Under the pieces are notes generated by a model. The model saw only the letters and a program-made list of their open reading frames with translations, did no database searches and was not told the origin of the DNA. Position numbers and translations under genes: made by a program. This document shows positions 36,836 through 48,725 of a DNA stretch of 64,000 bases, in pieces. Source of the stretch: Lama guanicoe (lineage: Eukaryota); the NCBI GenBank assembly GCA_013239625.1, contig MU054187.1, forward strand, positions 5,591,757 through 5,655,756, written 5' to 3'. The stretch's first letter is position 1; each line of letters starts with the position of its first letter.

Positions 36836-38810
36836 AAGCGATTAGAAGAGAATTTTCTAACTTCACCACCACAGCAACCTGCTGACTAGGAACTGCACTC
36901 ATGTGCTATCTTCCCACCTAACAGCATTGGTAAGGCCGGTCCCCAGCGTGTACACTAGATTTCATCCCTACCTGCCTCCTCAGAAACATCTCTTAGCGGG
37001 AAGGTATTAGTCAGTGGTAGAGTGTGTGCCTAGCAAGCACAAGGTCTTGGGTTCAATCCCCAGTACCTCCATTACAATAAATAAATAAATCCTTATCCAA
37101 CCTCTCTCCCACCAAAAAAAAAACCGTATACAGTGCTGTCTGTCAATTATATCTCAATAAAACTAGAAGAAAAAAATAAAAGTAAAAACATTCTTTAAAG
37201 AGAAGATTTTGCTTTAATCACTCTTAAGATTTCTCTCCTGTCTGTCTCACATAATTGATTAAGTTTTCCTCTTTAACGGATCATTTTCACCAACAACTTT
37301 CAAATGGGAGTTATTTGTTCTTTTGGGAAAAAAATCATTGTCAACATTACTTCCTCCACCAGCTATCACTCTGTTTTTTCATCTGCCCTTTCCAGTACAA
37401 TTCCCGAGATAAGCTGTCTACACTTGTTGACTCTAACTCCTCTCTTTAATGCTCTTAAAAACCCTTTCAATCAGGCTTTTCCCTCATCACTCCATGAAAG
37501 TTATTCTCTTGTCAAGGTCACTAATGACCTCCTTATTGACCTTCCAATGACCTTCATCTTCATCTTGTTTGACCCATCTGTGGAGTTGGAATGAATTAAA
37601 TCCTCTCTCTTCAACTTTCTTTCTTCTGTTGGCTTCCAGGGAATCCCACTATGGTTTTCCTTCCACCTCACACTGGGCTTCTCTTTTTAGTTCCTTTTTC
37701 TGTGTCTTCCTCTTTTCCTAGGTCACATATTGTTCAAACTGAGTCTTAGTTCTCTAGGCTACATACCCACACTCTCTTTAGGACCTCATCCAGTCTCACG
37801 GCTTCAAATACCCCCTTGTATGTTGACAGCAACTCATCTTCTTTTGGATTTTTGACATCTTAAATTCGACATTTCCAAAGCTGAACTTTAGATTTTTCTC
37901 CCATTCTGCTCCACTGAGTCTTCCCTATCTCAGTGACAATTTCACCTTTCTAGTTACTCAGAAAAAAATCTTAGAGTCATCCTTGGTTCCTCTCTTTCTC
38001 TGAAACTCCACATTTAATCCATCAGGAAATGCTGTTAGACTCACCTTTAAAAAATCATCTGGAACCTGATAAATTCTCCTCCTCTCCCCATCTGACATCC
38101 TGTTCCAAGAAGCCATTATCTCACACCTGGACTGCTGCAATGGCTGCCTAAAATCTCCCTGCCTCTACTTTATCTTCCTCCAACTACTCAAAAATGGCAT
38201 TTGGAGTGAGATTTTTAAGCTATTTATCAGATTATACTACAGATCTGTTTAAAGCCTTTCAAGGGCTTTACATCTCACACAGACTAAAAGCCAAAGTCCT
38301 AGATCATAACGGCCTCCTTCTGTTACTTCTCTGTCTTCAGCACCCAAATACCCTCCTTTCCCTTGCTCCGCCTCGCCTGCTGCGGCTTCCTGTTGTCGCT
38401 CACGCTTGCCGCACACATCAGCATTCCCGGGCCGTTGGACTTGCTCTTCTCTCCTTCAGGAATGCACGTTTTCAGGTCCAAAGTTATTTCCCTCACCTGC
38501 TTCAGTCTTCTCCCATCTTTAATCTTCTCAATGGCACTTACGCTAAACCTTCCCTTTCAAATTGTAAACTGCTTTTTTTCACCTCACACCCCTGATTCCC
38601 TTAATCTTAGTTTACTTTTATATAATTTATCATCTTTACAGTACCAAACAATGCACATTTATTTATTGTCTTTGCTAGCTATTATATGCCTCCCTTGCTA
38701 AAATGTAAGGTCACAGGCAACAATTCGTGTCTGTTTTGTTTGTCAATGCATTCCCAGTGCTGATACATGGTAGGTCCTCAATAAATACTTGTTAGATAAA
38801 TGAATAAATA
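36836..38810 (+). mobile_element. L2 3' part (RT region through 3' terminus)
   Basis: LVKVTNDLL (in ORF 37304-37594); DLIQSHGFKY..YVDS (37782-37830) resembles the YADD motif; ends gtaggtcctcaataaatacttgttagataaatgaataaa. Confidence 0.88.
36996..37135 (+). mobile_element. tRNA-Ala-derived camelid SINE nested in L2
   Basis: tcagtggtagagtgtgtgcctagcaagcacaaggtcttgggttcaatccccagtacctcca, then (ATAA)n, C-rich tract and A run. Confidence 0.9.
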
Positions 38811-39834
38811 TGGAACCTGAAAGCTCTTTTTCATGCTTTGTGAATAAACCCAAGGATGAGAAAAACCACTGGAAGATTATGAGCAAGTGATTATTTTTTT
38901 TCAAAGCGAAAAATGAGAAAAATAAAACTGATATTGATTTTTAAGACTTTGGAATGAATGAGGTACGAACATGTTCAGAGAAATAAAAAGATCCATTAGT
39001 CGAGCATGGAGAAGAGATCTTTTTATTTTTGCCAGAAAATATTGCTCCATACTATCAAGGGGAGGAGGTAGAGAATATTAAGTCAAAAACTAGAGGGGAA
39101 AAAATGGAAGAAAATGATAGAACCCACATAATTACGGAGTATTAACTAAGTGAGAATAAATAAACTAGGTGACTAGTCCTGGGAAATGTCCATCGTTCCT
39201 CACTGTACGAAGAAAGGAAAGTCCTAATGTAACATGCCAGCTTCACCCGTGACGTTCCCACTGATGATGCCAGCATAAGGGATGGCGAGCACATTTGTAA
39301 ACATTATTTCTCGTAACTACAGAATGTTAGCTTTTACTCAAAACTCTAAATCTAAACTATTTCCCTCTATGGTTGCTAACACTCACACATAAAGACGAAC
39401 TGTTTTATAAAAATATTCTCTCCCTAACACTGAAGATTTAGGGGCAAAAATAACAGAAGACAAACAAGCATCCTGTAACTTCAGAAATCTCAGGCCTCAA
39501 GCAGGTTGACAGCATGTCATAAACTGCACTTGCTGTAGGACACTCTTTAGTCCATCATATAATAAAAATTCCCCTGTGGTTGATTTTCTCAAAATCTTTA
39601 CCTAAGTTCTCTGTCATCAAGGGTCTACTTTGATCAGAAATAGAGTGTTATAGGTAATAATACTATCGAGAAAATCGAAGAGAAATTAATGCCCTCTATA
39701 AAAACAATAGAAGGCATATGAGATGTCTAATTCCTGCATGATATTTTTTAGGAAAGAAAAGAGACTTCTGCTATAACAGCTAGAGAAAACCTGAAATGAT
39801 TCCACTGGGGCATAAAGAACAGACTCAGACGGAG

Positions 39835-40200
39835 TCATTCATTCATTTGATAGCACTGTGCACATTAATTGAATCCCTACTGTGTGCCAGGGGCAAAGAT
39901 AAAAGCTCCACAACCAATTAACACTCTATTTCTAGAAGAAATAAGTTTGCCAATACTTTGAAGAGTTGTAGGTATCATTTTAAAGATTTTTAAAAAAGAA
40001 CAATCCATAGACCCGGGGATCAAAGAAGAGAGAAATAATCTAGCTCAGATTAGAGAAGTGATCAGGTCTACCTGCCACAAATCCAAGGTGGTGGTGGAAA
40101 AGAAGGAGGTGTATTGGATTGAGGGGTGAATACATAATGAGATGGAAATGACTGTTTATTATTTTAAGAAGTGTGCCTTCAGATGGAAGGAGAGAGAGAG
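39835..40200 (-). mobile_element. L2 3' fragments
   Basis: tcattcattcattt...attgaatccctactgtgtgccagg followed by purine-rich sequence. Confidence 0.55.
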
Positions 40201-40904
40201 ACTAGAGGGAGAGGCAAATGTAATTTTGAAAAGCAGATTTATAACGGTTTAAGAGATTTTTGACATGATGGGGAAAAACAGGTAGAAAAAGATTTGATGC
40301 CACATGTAGACAAAATAAATGATGGAGCAAAGCTTCTAAGAGGGTACAGGGAATAGATCCAGAGCACAGGAGGTCGTGGTAGCTTTGAACCAACTGAACA
40401 CCCAAATATGTGCCTCTTATAGGCTAGGAACGCCATTGACTAGCCATCAAATGAGTAGATGGAATTGACTCTGTTCTTTATGCCCCAGTGGAATCATCTT
40501 AGGTTTCCTCTAGCTGTTATAACAGAAAGCTCTTTTCTTTCCAAAAAAATATCATGGAGGAATTAGACATTTCATATACCTTATATTCTTTGTTTTTTTG
40601 GTTTTTTTTTTTTTTGATGTTGAGTTGTATGAGCTGTTTATAAATGTTGGCTATTAGTTCCTTATTGGTCTTAATCTTTCAGAATCTCCATTTTCTCCCT
40701 TAAAATACAGGGCTACAAATATCCTATCTCATTAAGACAGTGCAATGATTATTAAGTAAGATTTTGAATACCAATCAATTAGCAGAGTACTTGGCCCCAT
40801 GATATGTTCTGATCATTGACAGGTCTTATAATTATTATTGGCGCCACCTATTAGCTTCCCACCCATTGGGAATAATTATTGCCAAAAGCACTACTGCAAT
40901 TTTC

Positions 40905-41187
40905 ACCAATAACAAAGGTTGTGAATATGTGGAGAAAAGGGAATTCTCGTATGCTGTTGGTGGGAGTGAAAATTGGTGCAGCCACAGTGGAAAACAGTAT
41001 GGAAGTTTCTCAAAATAAAACTAGAACTATCATATGACCCAGAAATTCCACTCCTGGGTATATATCTGAAAAAAAACAAAAGCACTAATTCGAAAAAATA
41101 AATGTACCTCAATGTTCACAGCAGTACTATTTCCAATTGCTGAGATATGGAAACAACCTAAGCATCCATCAATAAATGAATGGATAC
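40905..41187 (+). mobile_element. L1 ORF2 3' fragment
   Basis: gtggagaaaagggaa...ctgttggtgggagtg...gccacagtggaaaacagtatgga...catatgacccagaaattccactcctgggtatata. Confidence 0.9.
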
Positions 41188-42279
41188 AGTTTCAGTAACT
41201 CATGGAAGACAGAAAGGAGATCATTTAAGATGGTAATTATTTAGAGAGGTCCATTTTTCTCTCATCCAAACTCACCTTGTGCCTGAACTATACCTTCCCA
41301 CCCCTGGAACGTGAAATGCACCAGTGCAGGGGTTTACACCGTCTATGTTAACTGCTCTATCCTCAACATCTAGAATGGTACTTGGCCCCCAGTAGACACT
41401 TAATAAATACTTATTTAATAAATAACTTGGTGAAGCTATGTGTTTGTGTGCATTTATCTATATCACACTGTATACTCATAAAAATCGTAGAAATTACTAT
41501 TATATGTGTATAGGCTTTCTTTCCATTTAGAGAAAATTTACACACTATTCTCATTTAATATATTTTGTAGTATTCTTATTTTGTTTGAAAGTGGGTACGT
41601 TGCCTATAAACTAAAGATAATGAGGAGACAAGTCTCTCTTTGCTGAAATCAGTGTGCAGCGTTATTCTACAGCTTGACTGCATTTGTCCTTTCAGAATAA
41701 TAAAAGCAAGCACGCTTACAAAGAAAGGGTGGCCCATTAGAGAATAAATTGTATTTTCATAACCAAGAACACTATTTCCTTTTGGAAGTACAAGTGCAAA
41801 TGAATGAGGTTGTCGTTGATTTGACTTTGTAGGAATTGCAATTTAAAGTCTCTAGAAACTTCTGAGTAGTTAGATGAAATTTCTGATTTTTAAAACCACA
41901 GACCAGTTTCCTTTGTGACCTCCAGCTGTGCCTCCACTGCAAGACGTTTTCCAGTGCAATTGTCCCCAAGTAGCTCAAGCTCAGCCATAACACTTGCGCG
42001 ACCAAATGTGCTTTTCATTCCATAAGGTTATTTCTGTAGTCGCTTCTTACTTACGTGGGCAAAGACTGACAAATCAGAAGTAAATGACTAAGAATATATT
42101 CTATTAATCTTATGTGAAAATGTGTATTGTATTTCAAAAGAAGATTTCCTCACTTATTTAACAGTGCTTTAAAGAGTAAAAACCCACTCTACACTGTGTG
42201 TGAAATAGAGGCAGACTCTTAAAAAAAAAGAAAGAAAGAAAGAAAAGAAAGAAAGCAAAGCCCACCGTGTCTCAGCATG

Positions 42280-44005
42280 TAAGATTCACATGTCAAACAC
42301 ACACATTAGATGGTAACCTAATGAGTTAAAATGTAATGGTGAAAAGGAGCTCTTTCTTTCTACTCCAGCTTGCTCCACCGCCTGCATTTTCTATCTCAAG
42401 TAATTGAATTCCCATGTCTTCCCTCTCCTTTATCACATACATATAAGCAGTCATTAGGTCCAGTCTATTTTAGCCTCTGACTATTTCCTAAACCTGTCCA
42501 TTTTTCCAACTTTTCTGCCATAGTTTTAAGTTAGGCCACTATTCTGTCTCAGCAGAATTACTGTAAACACCTGGTACCAGAGAACCTTGCCTCTGACCTT
42601 GCCAGGTTCCCATCCATTCTCTGCTCCGCAGTCCTCTTCTCCCATTCTCTGAGGACACTCTGCACATCAGGACTGTCCACCTCGTTCTTTCTATGGTCCC
42701 ATTCTCCTCAGCAAACTCGGGTGCATCATTCCAGACCCAACAGAAAGGATTATCTATCTAAACCACAAATGTGAAAGTGCTCCCCCTCCTGTGACTGCTT
42801 AAACCCTTCAAGAATTCCTTCCACTTTTTGGACAAAGTCTGATTTCATTTCCAAGGGTTAAAGCACATATAATGGACACCCACATGTAGCCTCCAAGTCT
42901 TCCCAGCCCAGGAGCCCAGACCTGTGAGTGAGTGAGCCTTCACGTAATTCCAGCCCACAGCCATGGGTCATCTTTCTTCATATGTTCACATCTTCCCAGC
43001 TGGGGCTCCTGGTATCACAGAGAAGAAACCAGCAGTCCCCCACGTCGCCTTTCTGAATTCCTACGTTGGAGAATCCCTGAGGACATTTGGGATGGTTTGT
43101 TAGGCAACAAAAGTAACTAAAGTGTCCCTATCAGTCTGTGCTAACCCCCAACAGAGCACACGCCACACTGTGTTGTCATTTCCTGTGCAGACACATGACC
43201 CAGACGAGGAACTCCACTATGCCCCTACATCTAGCACCCTACCTGGCTTGAAACAAGTCCTCAATCATTTTCTTCTTAATAAATAAACTTCCATAGTAGA
43301 AACTTTGAAATCATCTTCAACTCTTTTCTTAAATTTCAAAATGCTATGTACTCTGCTACCTAAATGTTTTCCAAATCCACCCACTCGCCTCCCATCAATC
43401 CTTGGTTGGAGCGCATTATTTCTTGATAGGGATCTCGAAAGTCTTCTATATGGTCTCACTGCCATAATTCCTCCAAAAAGACTCCTGGAGGAAATAAAGC
43501 AGGACTCAGGCATGTTCTAGTCCCAACTAGCAGAAGGTAAATTTTCTTCTCTGACATAGCAGTCTCATCCCATTCTTGCCCGGTTCTGAACCCCTGAGCA
43601 CATCTCCTGCCCTCCATCCCATGCTCACACTAAGTGTGTCACCACTGCCCCCAACACTTGCCACTCTGACTTGTTCCTCCTGCATTGAATGTCCTCTTTC
43701 CATTTCTAATCCCCTCACCTCTGTCTCAGGTATCCTTGAATCTGCCAATTCAGATAATGTCTCAGCTTTCCCAGGCGGACTTGGCCATTCACCATCTATA
43801 TCCCCAGTAGACCTCTGCTCATCCCTTAATCTTTGTGCTTTTCATGATGTGTCCTAGATTATCAGTTTATGTATTTGTATCACTATGTAATAGTAATTCT
43901 TCCAGGTGAGAGAACTATAATTTACTCTTCGTTTTAGCATTCAATATCTACCAGTGGGTGGGACATGATTGGTTCTCAGTTAATGTTTGTTAAATAAATA
44001 AATAT
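42280..44005 (+). mobile_element. Cluster of L2 fragments with a nested MLT1 LTR piece (~42890-43120)
   Basis: L2 motifs ctgcttaaacccttcaa, tgttcctcctgcattgaatgtcc, taatgtttgttaaataaat; MLT motifs gtgagtgagccttca...ttctgaattcct...tggtttgttaggcaaca. Confidence 0.65.
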
Positions 44006-44859
44006 TTGAATATAGAAATTATCATGTGCTTGAAGTATATAAATTCCAAGCTAATCAATATTTGGGGGGAAGGGATGAAAGAGGAGACATACGGAACATT
44101 CATTAGTGAGCATCTTACAAAGACTCTATCCACCAAGGTAGTGATTTTGATATTTTTATTAAGATGATCAAACTTAGTTAACCATCGGCACTCATTAGAA
44201 TAATATTTTCACAATCTATAGATGCATTGAGTTTTACGTGTTTCACATTTCTCTTTTCAGGAAAAATGGTGGATCTTGTTATTCAGCTTGAGCCCTTCTT
44301 ATCATTAAGAAAGACTAAACAAGCAATGGAGGACTAGGATTTGCACTGATAAGTGATGGGATGGCTTTCCCTGGCCCATCAAGTGTTCATTCATAAATCA
44401 CCAAGTCAGGTTATGGGTTTTACTACTTTTAAGCAATAAAATGTGGAGCATTGAAGGCAACAGTTCAGATGGGGCCAGGAGGAAAGAGGAAGGTGAGTGG
44501 TGAGGGGGGCAGGGAAAAGGAAGACTGGGTTTGGAGCATGTTTGAGCTGAGTTGGGTGATGGCTCGCTTCTTAAAGAATCACTCCAGGGTCAGTTTATGG
44601 CCCTAGAAGACTACTCCTGGGGAGACAGGGGCACCTGCTGGACTCAGATCCCAGCGAGATGACTTTCCCTGCCAGATCTTTTGGGTCCTACATGAGTAAG
44701 TATCCCCTCAACATCTCAGGGTACAATTACCCCCAGAGAACCACCAGACAGGTGGTTTCTAGCATGTGCCACAAAGGGTTTACAGATGCGCCTACAACAT
44801 GGATCCCCTCCGGCCTTGGGGAGGTTGGAGGAAAAGCTTGCCTCAGGAGGAATTGTACC

Positions 44860-45362
44860 TGAGTTCCACTTGTATCAGATTTAGATGATATTTAGATGAG
44901 ACTTTAAAGTTGATGCTAGAATGAGTGAAGACTTTTTGGAGGATATTGGGATGGGATGAATGTATTTTGCATGTGAGGAGGATGTGAATTTGGGGGACCA
45001 GGAGTAAAATGCCATAGACTGAATTCTGCGTCCCCCCAAGATTGATATGTTGAAATCTAATTCCTAAAGTGGTGCTATGAGGAAGCAGGGTCTTCTGAGA
45101 AAGTGATTAAGTCTTGAGGGTGGCACCTTTGTGAATGGGATTAGTGTCCTTATGAAAAAGGCCCCAGAGAGCTCTCTCAGCCCTTCTGCCATGTGGGGAC
45201 ACGGGGAAGACTGCCATCTGTGAATTAGGAAATGGGCTCTCACCAGACACCGAACCTGCCAGCGCCTTGATCTTGGACTGCCCAGCCCCCAGAACCGTGA
45301 GACACCAACCTGTGTTGTTGGTGAGCCATGCCCTCTCTGACAGCAGCTTGGACTAATTAGGA
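44860..45362 (+). mobile_element. MaLR internal 3' end + MLT1A-type LTR (LTR from ~45010)
   Basis: ttaaagttgatgct...gaatgtattttgcatgtgag, purine tract gggggaccaggagtaaaa, then tgccatagactgaat...gaatgggattagtg...ccttgatcttggact. Confidence 0.85.
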
Positions 45363-46544
45363 TGGACTTTCATTTGCTAAATGGGCCCGAGGGAAATGCA
45401 ACACTGTAAAATGTTCCCTAGACTTTTTTGACATAAAAATTTTCTCCCCTCAGATCACCCTGTGATATATTAGATTTCCATGAGAAATGTTTTGGAACAC
45501 ATTGAATCTTAAAATGGGTAGGTGTTTTTATTATTATGGTACAATTACATCAATGGATCATTAAGTTAACACTACCTGAAGCAGAACAAATGAAGCCAAA
45601 TTAGACCCCCAAATCATATTGAGTATTATGGCTGGCTTAGATTAATGTATAAAGCTTTTCTCTAACCTGGATGAATTTTAATAAACACCCTACATAGAAT
45701 TCCATAATCACCAAAGAATTCGCGGCAACCTTTTGGTAACTAAACGATTTATCATCATAAGAAATGCTTGTGGAGGAAGCTCCCATTTTATTGTCACTTA
45801 TGTAGGAAAATAAATTAGCACTGTACACGATAATAATGTATCCAATAAAGATCTAACTCATAAAGAAATTCAGGTCATTGGAAAGCTTAACTAGTTTCCA
45901 TATCCTTATGGTGTTTCAAATGGGAAACCAAATTGACTGTGGAAGGCGGTGAAAATCTTCTAAATTTTAAATATTGGGGGTATCTACTATGCATAGGCCC
46001 CAAACACAGGTGAGTTTCTGCTTGCCCCAAAGTCTGGTCCCTGTCTGTGCCTCCCTTCTAACGTGATGGTCGAGCAGTTAAATCGTTCAGCGCAGCACCT
46101 GTTTTGATGGGGACAGCACTGCCACCACATACACGTGCCCCAAGACGACAAAGCTTAGTTTGCTTGAACCTTCTCCTGCACAGAACTCCTCCACGTAAGA
46201 AGAAAATCAGGCTGCAGAGGGACACCAGCAAGAGACTAACATTCCCATATTTGTCATTTTGTACAAAGATATGTATTTTACTGAGAAAATTTAGTACGAC
46301 GCCAAGAGTCCTTGGATGTTTGTTCACATCTGGATGAAAGTCTGGATTGGGTTTTCTCTTCACCCAAATATTGGGCCATTATGTGGCCAAAGCCTGTAGG
46401 GAAATCCTTAGGAATCCGGACTCTGAATATTTTGATTCAGATCCAATAGTCAATGAAATGAATGATAACTGCAAGAACTGAGCCTACAGTTAGTCCCCCG
46501 TTTAAAGCCAGATTTAGTCAACAACTGACTAAAGATTGTATTTC

Positions 46545-46788
46545 TTTTTTTTTATTGGGGTTTAGTCGATTTACAATGTTGTGTTTTTTTCCGGTGCACA
46601 GCACAGTGATTCAATTGTACGTACATATGTATTCCTTTTTATATTCTTTTTCATTATAGGCTGTCACAAGGTATTGGATAGAGTTCCCTGTGCTGCACAG
46701 TAGGACCTTGTTGTTTATCTATTTTGTGTGTAGTAGTCAGTATCTGCAAATCCTGAACTCCCAGTTTATCCCTCCCCTTCCTCTATAA
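46545..46788 (-). mobile_element. Young L1 3' stub with 15-bp TSD
   Basis: TSD taaagattgtatttc at 46530-46544 and 46789-46803; poly(T), then tttacaatgttgtg...gttccctgtgctgcacagtaggaccttg. Confidence 0.93.
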
Positions 46789-46944
46789 TAAAGATTGTAT
46801 TTCAGAGATCACATGTTCTAATTTTCTAAGAGTTTAGTATCTATACATAATCATATTTTATATTTGTGATAATTGTCTCGAACTCACAGTAAGTTTCCTA
46901 ATTACTAGGTACTTTCTTTTCTATGCTTTAGTACAAATTCAATT

Positions 46945-47210
46945 TTTCAGTCAACTTCATTGGGGTATTATTAACATGTAATAGAATATTCACATTATAT
47001 TTTAAAGGTACATTTCAGTGTGTTTTGACAAGTGTACACTTCCACGCAGTCACCAGCCCAGTCAATATACGGGTTGCTATCACTCCAGAAAATTCTCTTG
47101 GGCACCATTCCAGTTAATCTCCCATACCTCCTGCTCCAGGCAATCACAGACCTGATTTTAATAGGTTAGTTTTGCCTGTTTTAGTACTTCATATTAATGA
47201 AATCATCCTT
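46945..47210 (-). mobile_element. Old L1 3'UTR fragment
   Basis: caacttcattgggg...ttttgacaagtgtacac...ccaggcaatcac...ttttgcctgttttag. Confidence 0.7.
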
Positions 47211-48329
47211 TACATTTATTTTGCACCACATCCCACCTCTGTGAATAAGAATTTTTCATGATAGGGAAACTATTGACTATAGCCAAATTTGATAATTCTT
47301 TCCTTTGGATTTCTTTCCTAAGAATCCAGTCCCTTTGCTGCAAATGCATTACTAAGAGAACATCAGAACGTGGCCCACCAAACTTAGCATGTTGCCAAAA
47401 GGTATGTGTGGGTTGCAAATCACCTCAAGACATTTTCTCTCCCGTCCTTTCCAAAATTTGATAAAAATTTCCACTTCTCAGCCAGAAGAGATATTTATGG
47501 TAAGCATTTGCAATCTGTCTAAGTATGTAATCTTGCTCTTTTTATTATAATCTTAATAGGTTTTTTAGTCTGACTTACCCCAAAAACCTATGAAAAAACT
47601 CATACCATTTCCCTATCTTTGTATTTATAATAGTCCTTTATTTAAACTTGAAAATTTTCCCCCTTTGACTCATCTTATTAGCCTCTTTTTCTCACTTGGT
47701 TTTTTGTCTTTTTTTAGTTACATCAGTGGAAACTTAGTGAAGTCCTTCCCTTAAGACAGAAGATTCTGAAACACACTCATCGTCGTCAATCTGAAACACA
47801 CTTCAGCGACTTGCCTATATATACAAATGAGGAGCAAGTTGTGCTTGAAGAAGAAGAGGGGTGGGAAGGCAGAAAGAAAAAGATGTTTATTGCAGTGCGG
47901 ATAGAATTTTCCAGGTCTGAATTGTTTTAGTACGAGGGGGAGAAAAGACACAAAGAGCAATGTAAACATGACTACCAACAGTACCGTCTGAAATCGTCCC
48001 CAAGTGGACAATGTGTGTCAACAAAGCAATCCCTGTTCCAGCAACGCAACGTAAAACTACACAAGGATGCTGCCAAAATCTTGCAGAATGCAACTGGCCT
48101 CCACAATTCAGGAAACAAAGAGACTCCCTGAGCATGTGGAGGAAGGACAGGAGCTCTCCCTGATGATGGACCTGGACCACACCTGAGGCAGAAACATGAA
48201 AATCCTGGGGGGCAGTCTGCATTTCAGAGGTGCCCCTGTCAGGATGCAGAGACAAGAAGAATGCCAGGAAAGGCAAATGACAGTAGTCATCGTGGTAATA
48301 ATTGTCACATATTAGCATATATTAATCAT

Positions 48330-48725
48330 ATTCTAGGTATTACACAGGCAGCAATCTAGACATATGGCTATTGTTATAAATTTAGCAGATCAGCAAACTA
48401 AGGCTCAGAAGAATTAACCAACTTTCCCTGTGACCACTTGGTTGGTAGATGGCTAAGCTGGGATTCAACCTGTAGCATCCCTTCTTTTGGACCAGTTACC
48501 ATTTGTGAATGTCTACCATCTACCAAGCTCGGCACCAGGCACTTTGGATGCAAACCCACTTGCTGCTCATAATAGGAATGATTAGCATCACTGTTGCCCG
48601 TGGGAGGAAATGGAAGCTTGGAAAGTTGAAATAATGTTTGCAGACTATCGGCAAATGGCAGAACAAGGATAGAAAACCAGGGTTACCTGGCAACAAAGTC
48701 TGATTTCTTCCAGAAAATCATGTGG
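48330..48725 (-). mobile_element. Two MIR SINEs
   Basis: aaactaaggctcagaa...gctgggattcaacc; ggaaatggaagcttgga...gcagaacaaggatagaaaaccagg. Confidence 0.65.

Noticed and set aside
37304..37594. RT-like ORF as a functional or domesticated reverse transcriptase
   Set aside because: Short fragment of a frameshifted, stop-ridden L2 ORF2; the catalytic YADD is degraded to YVDS.
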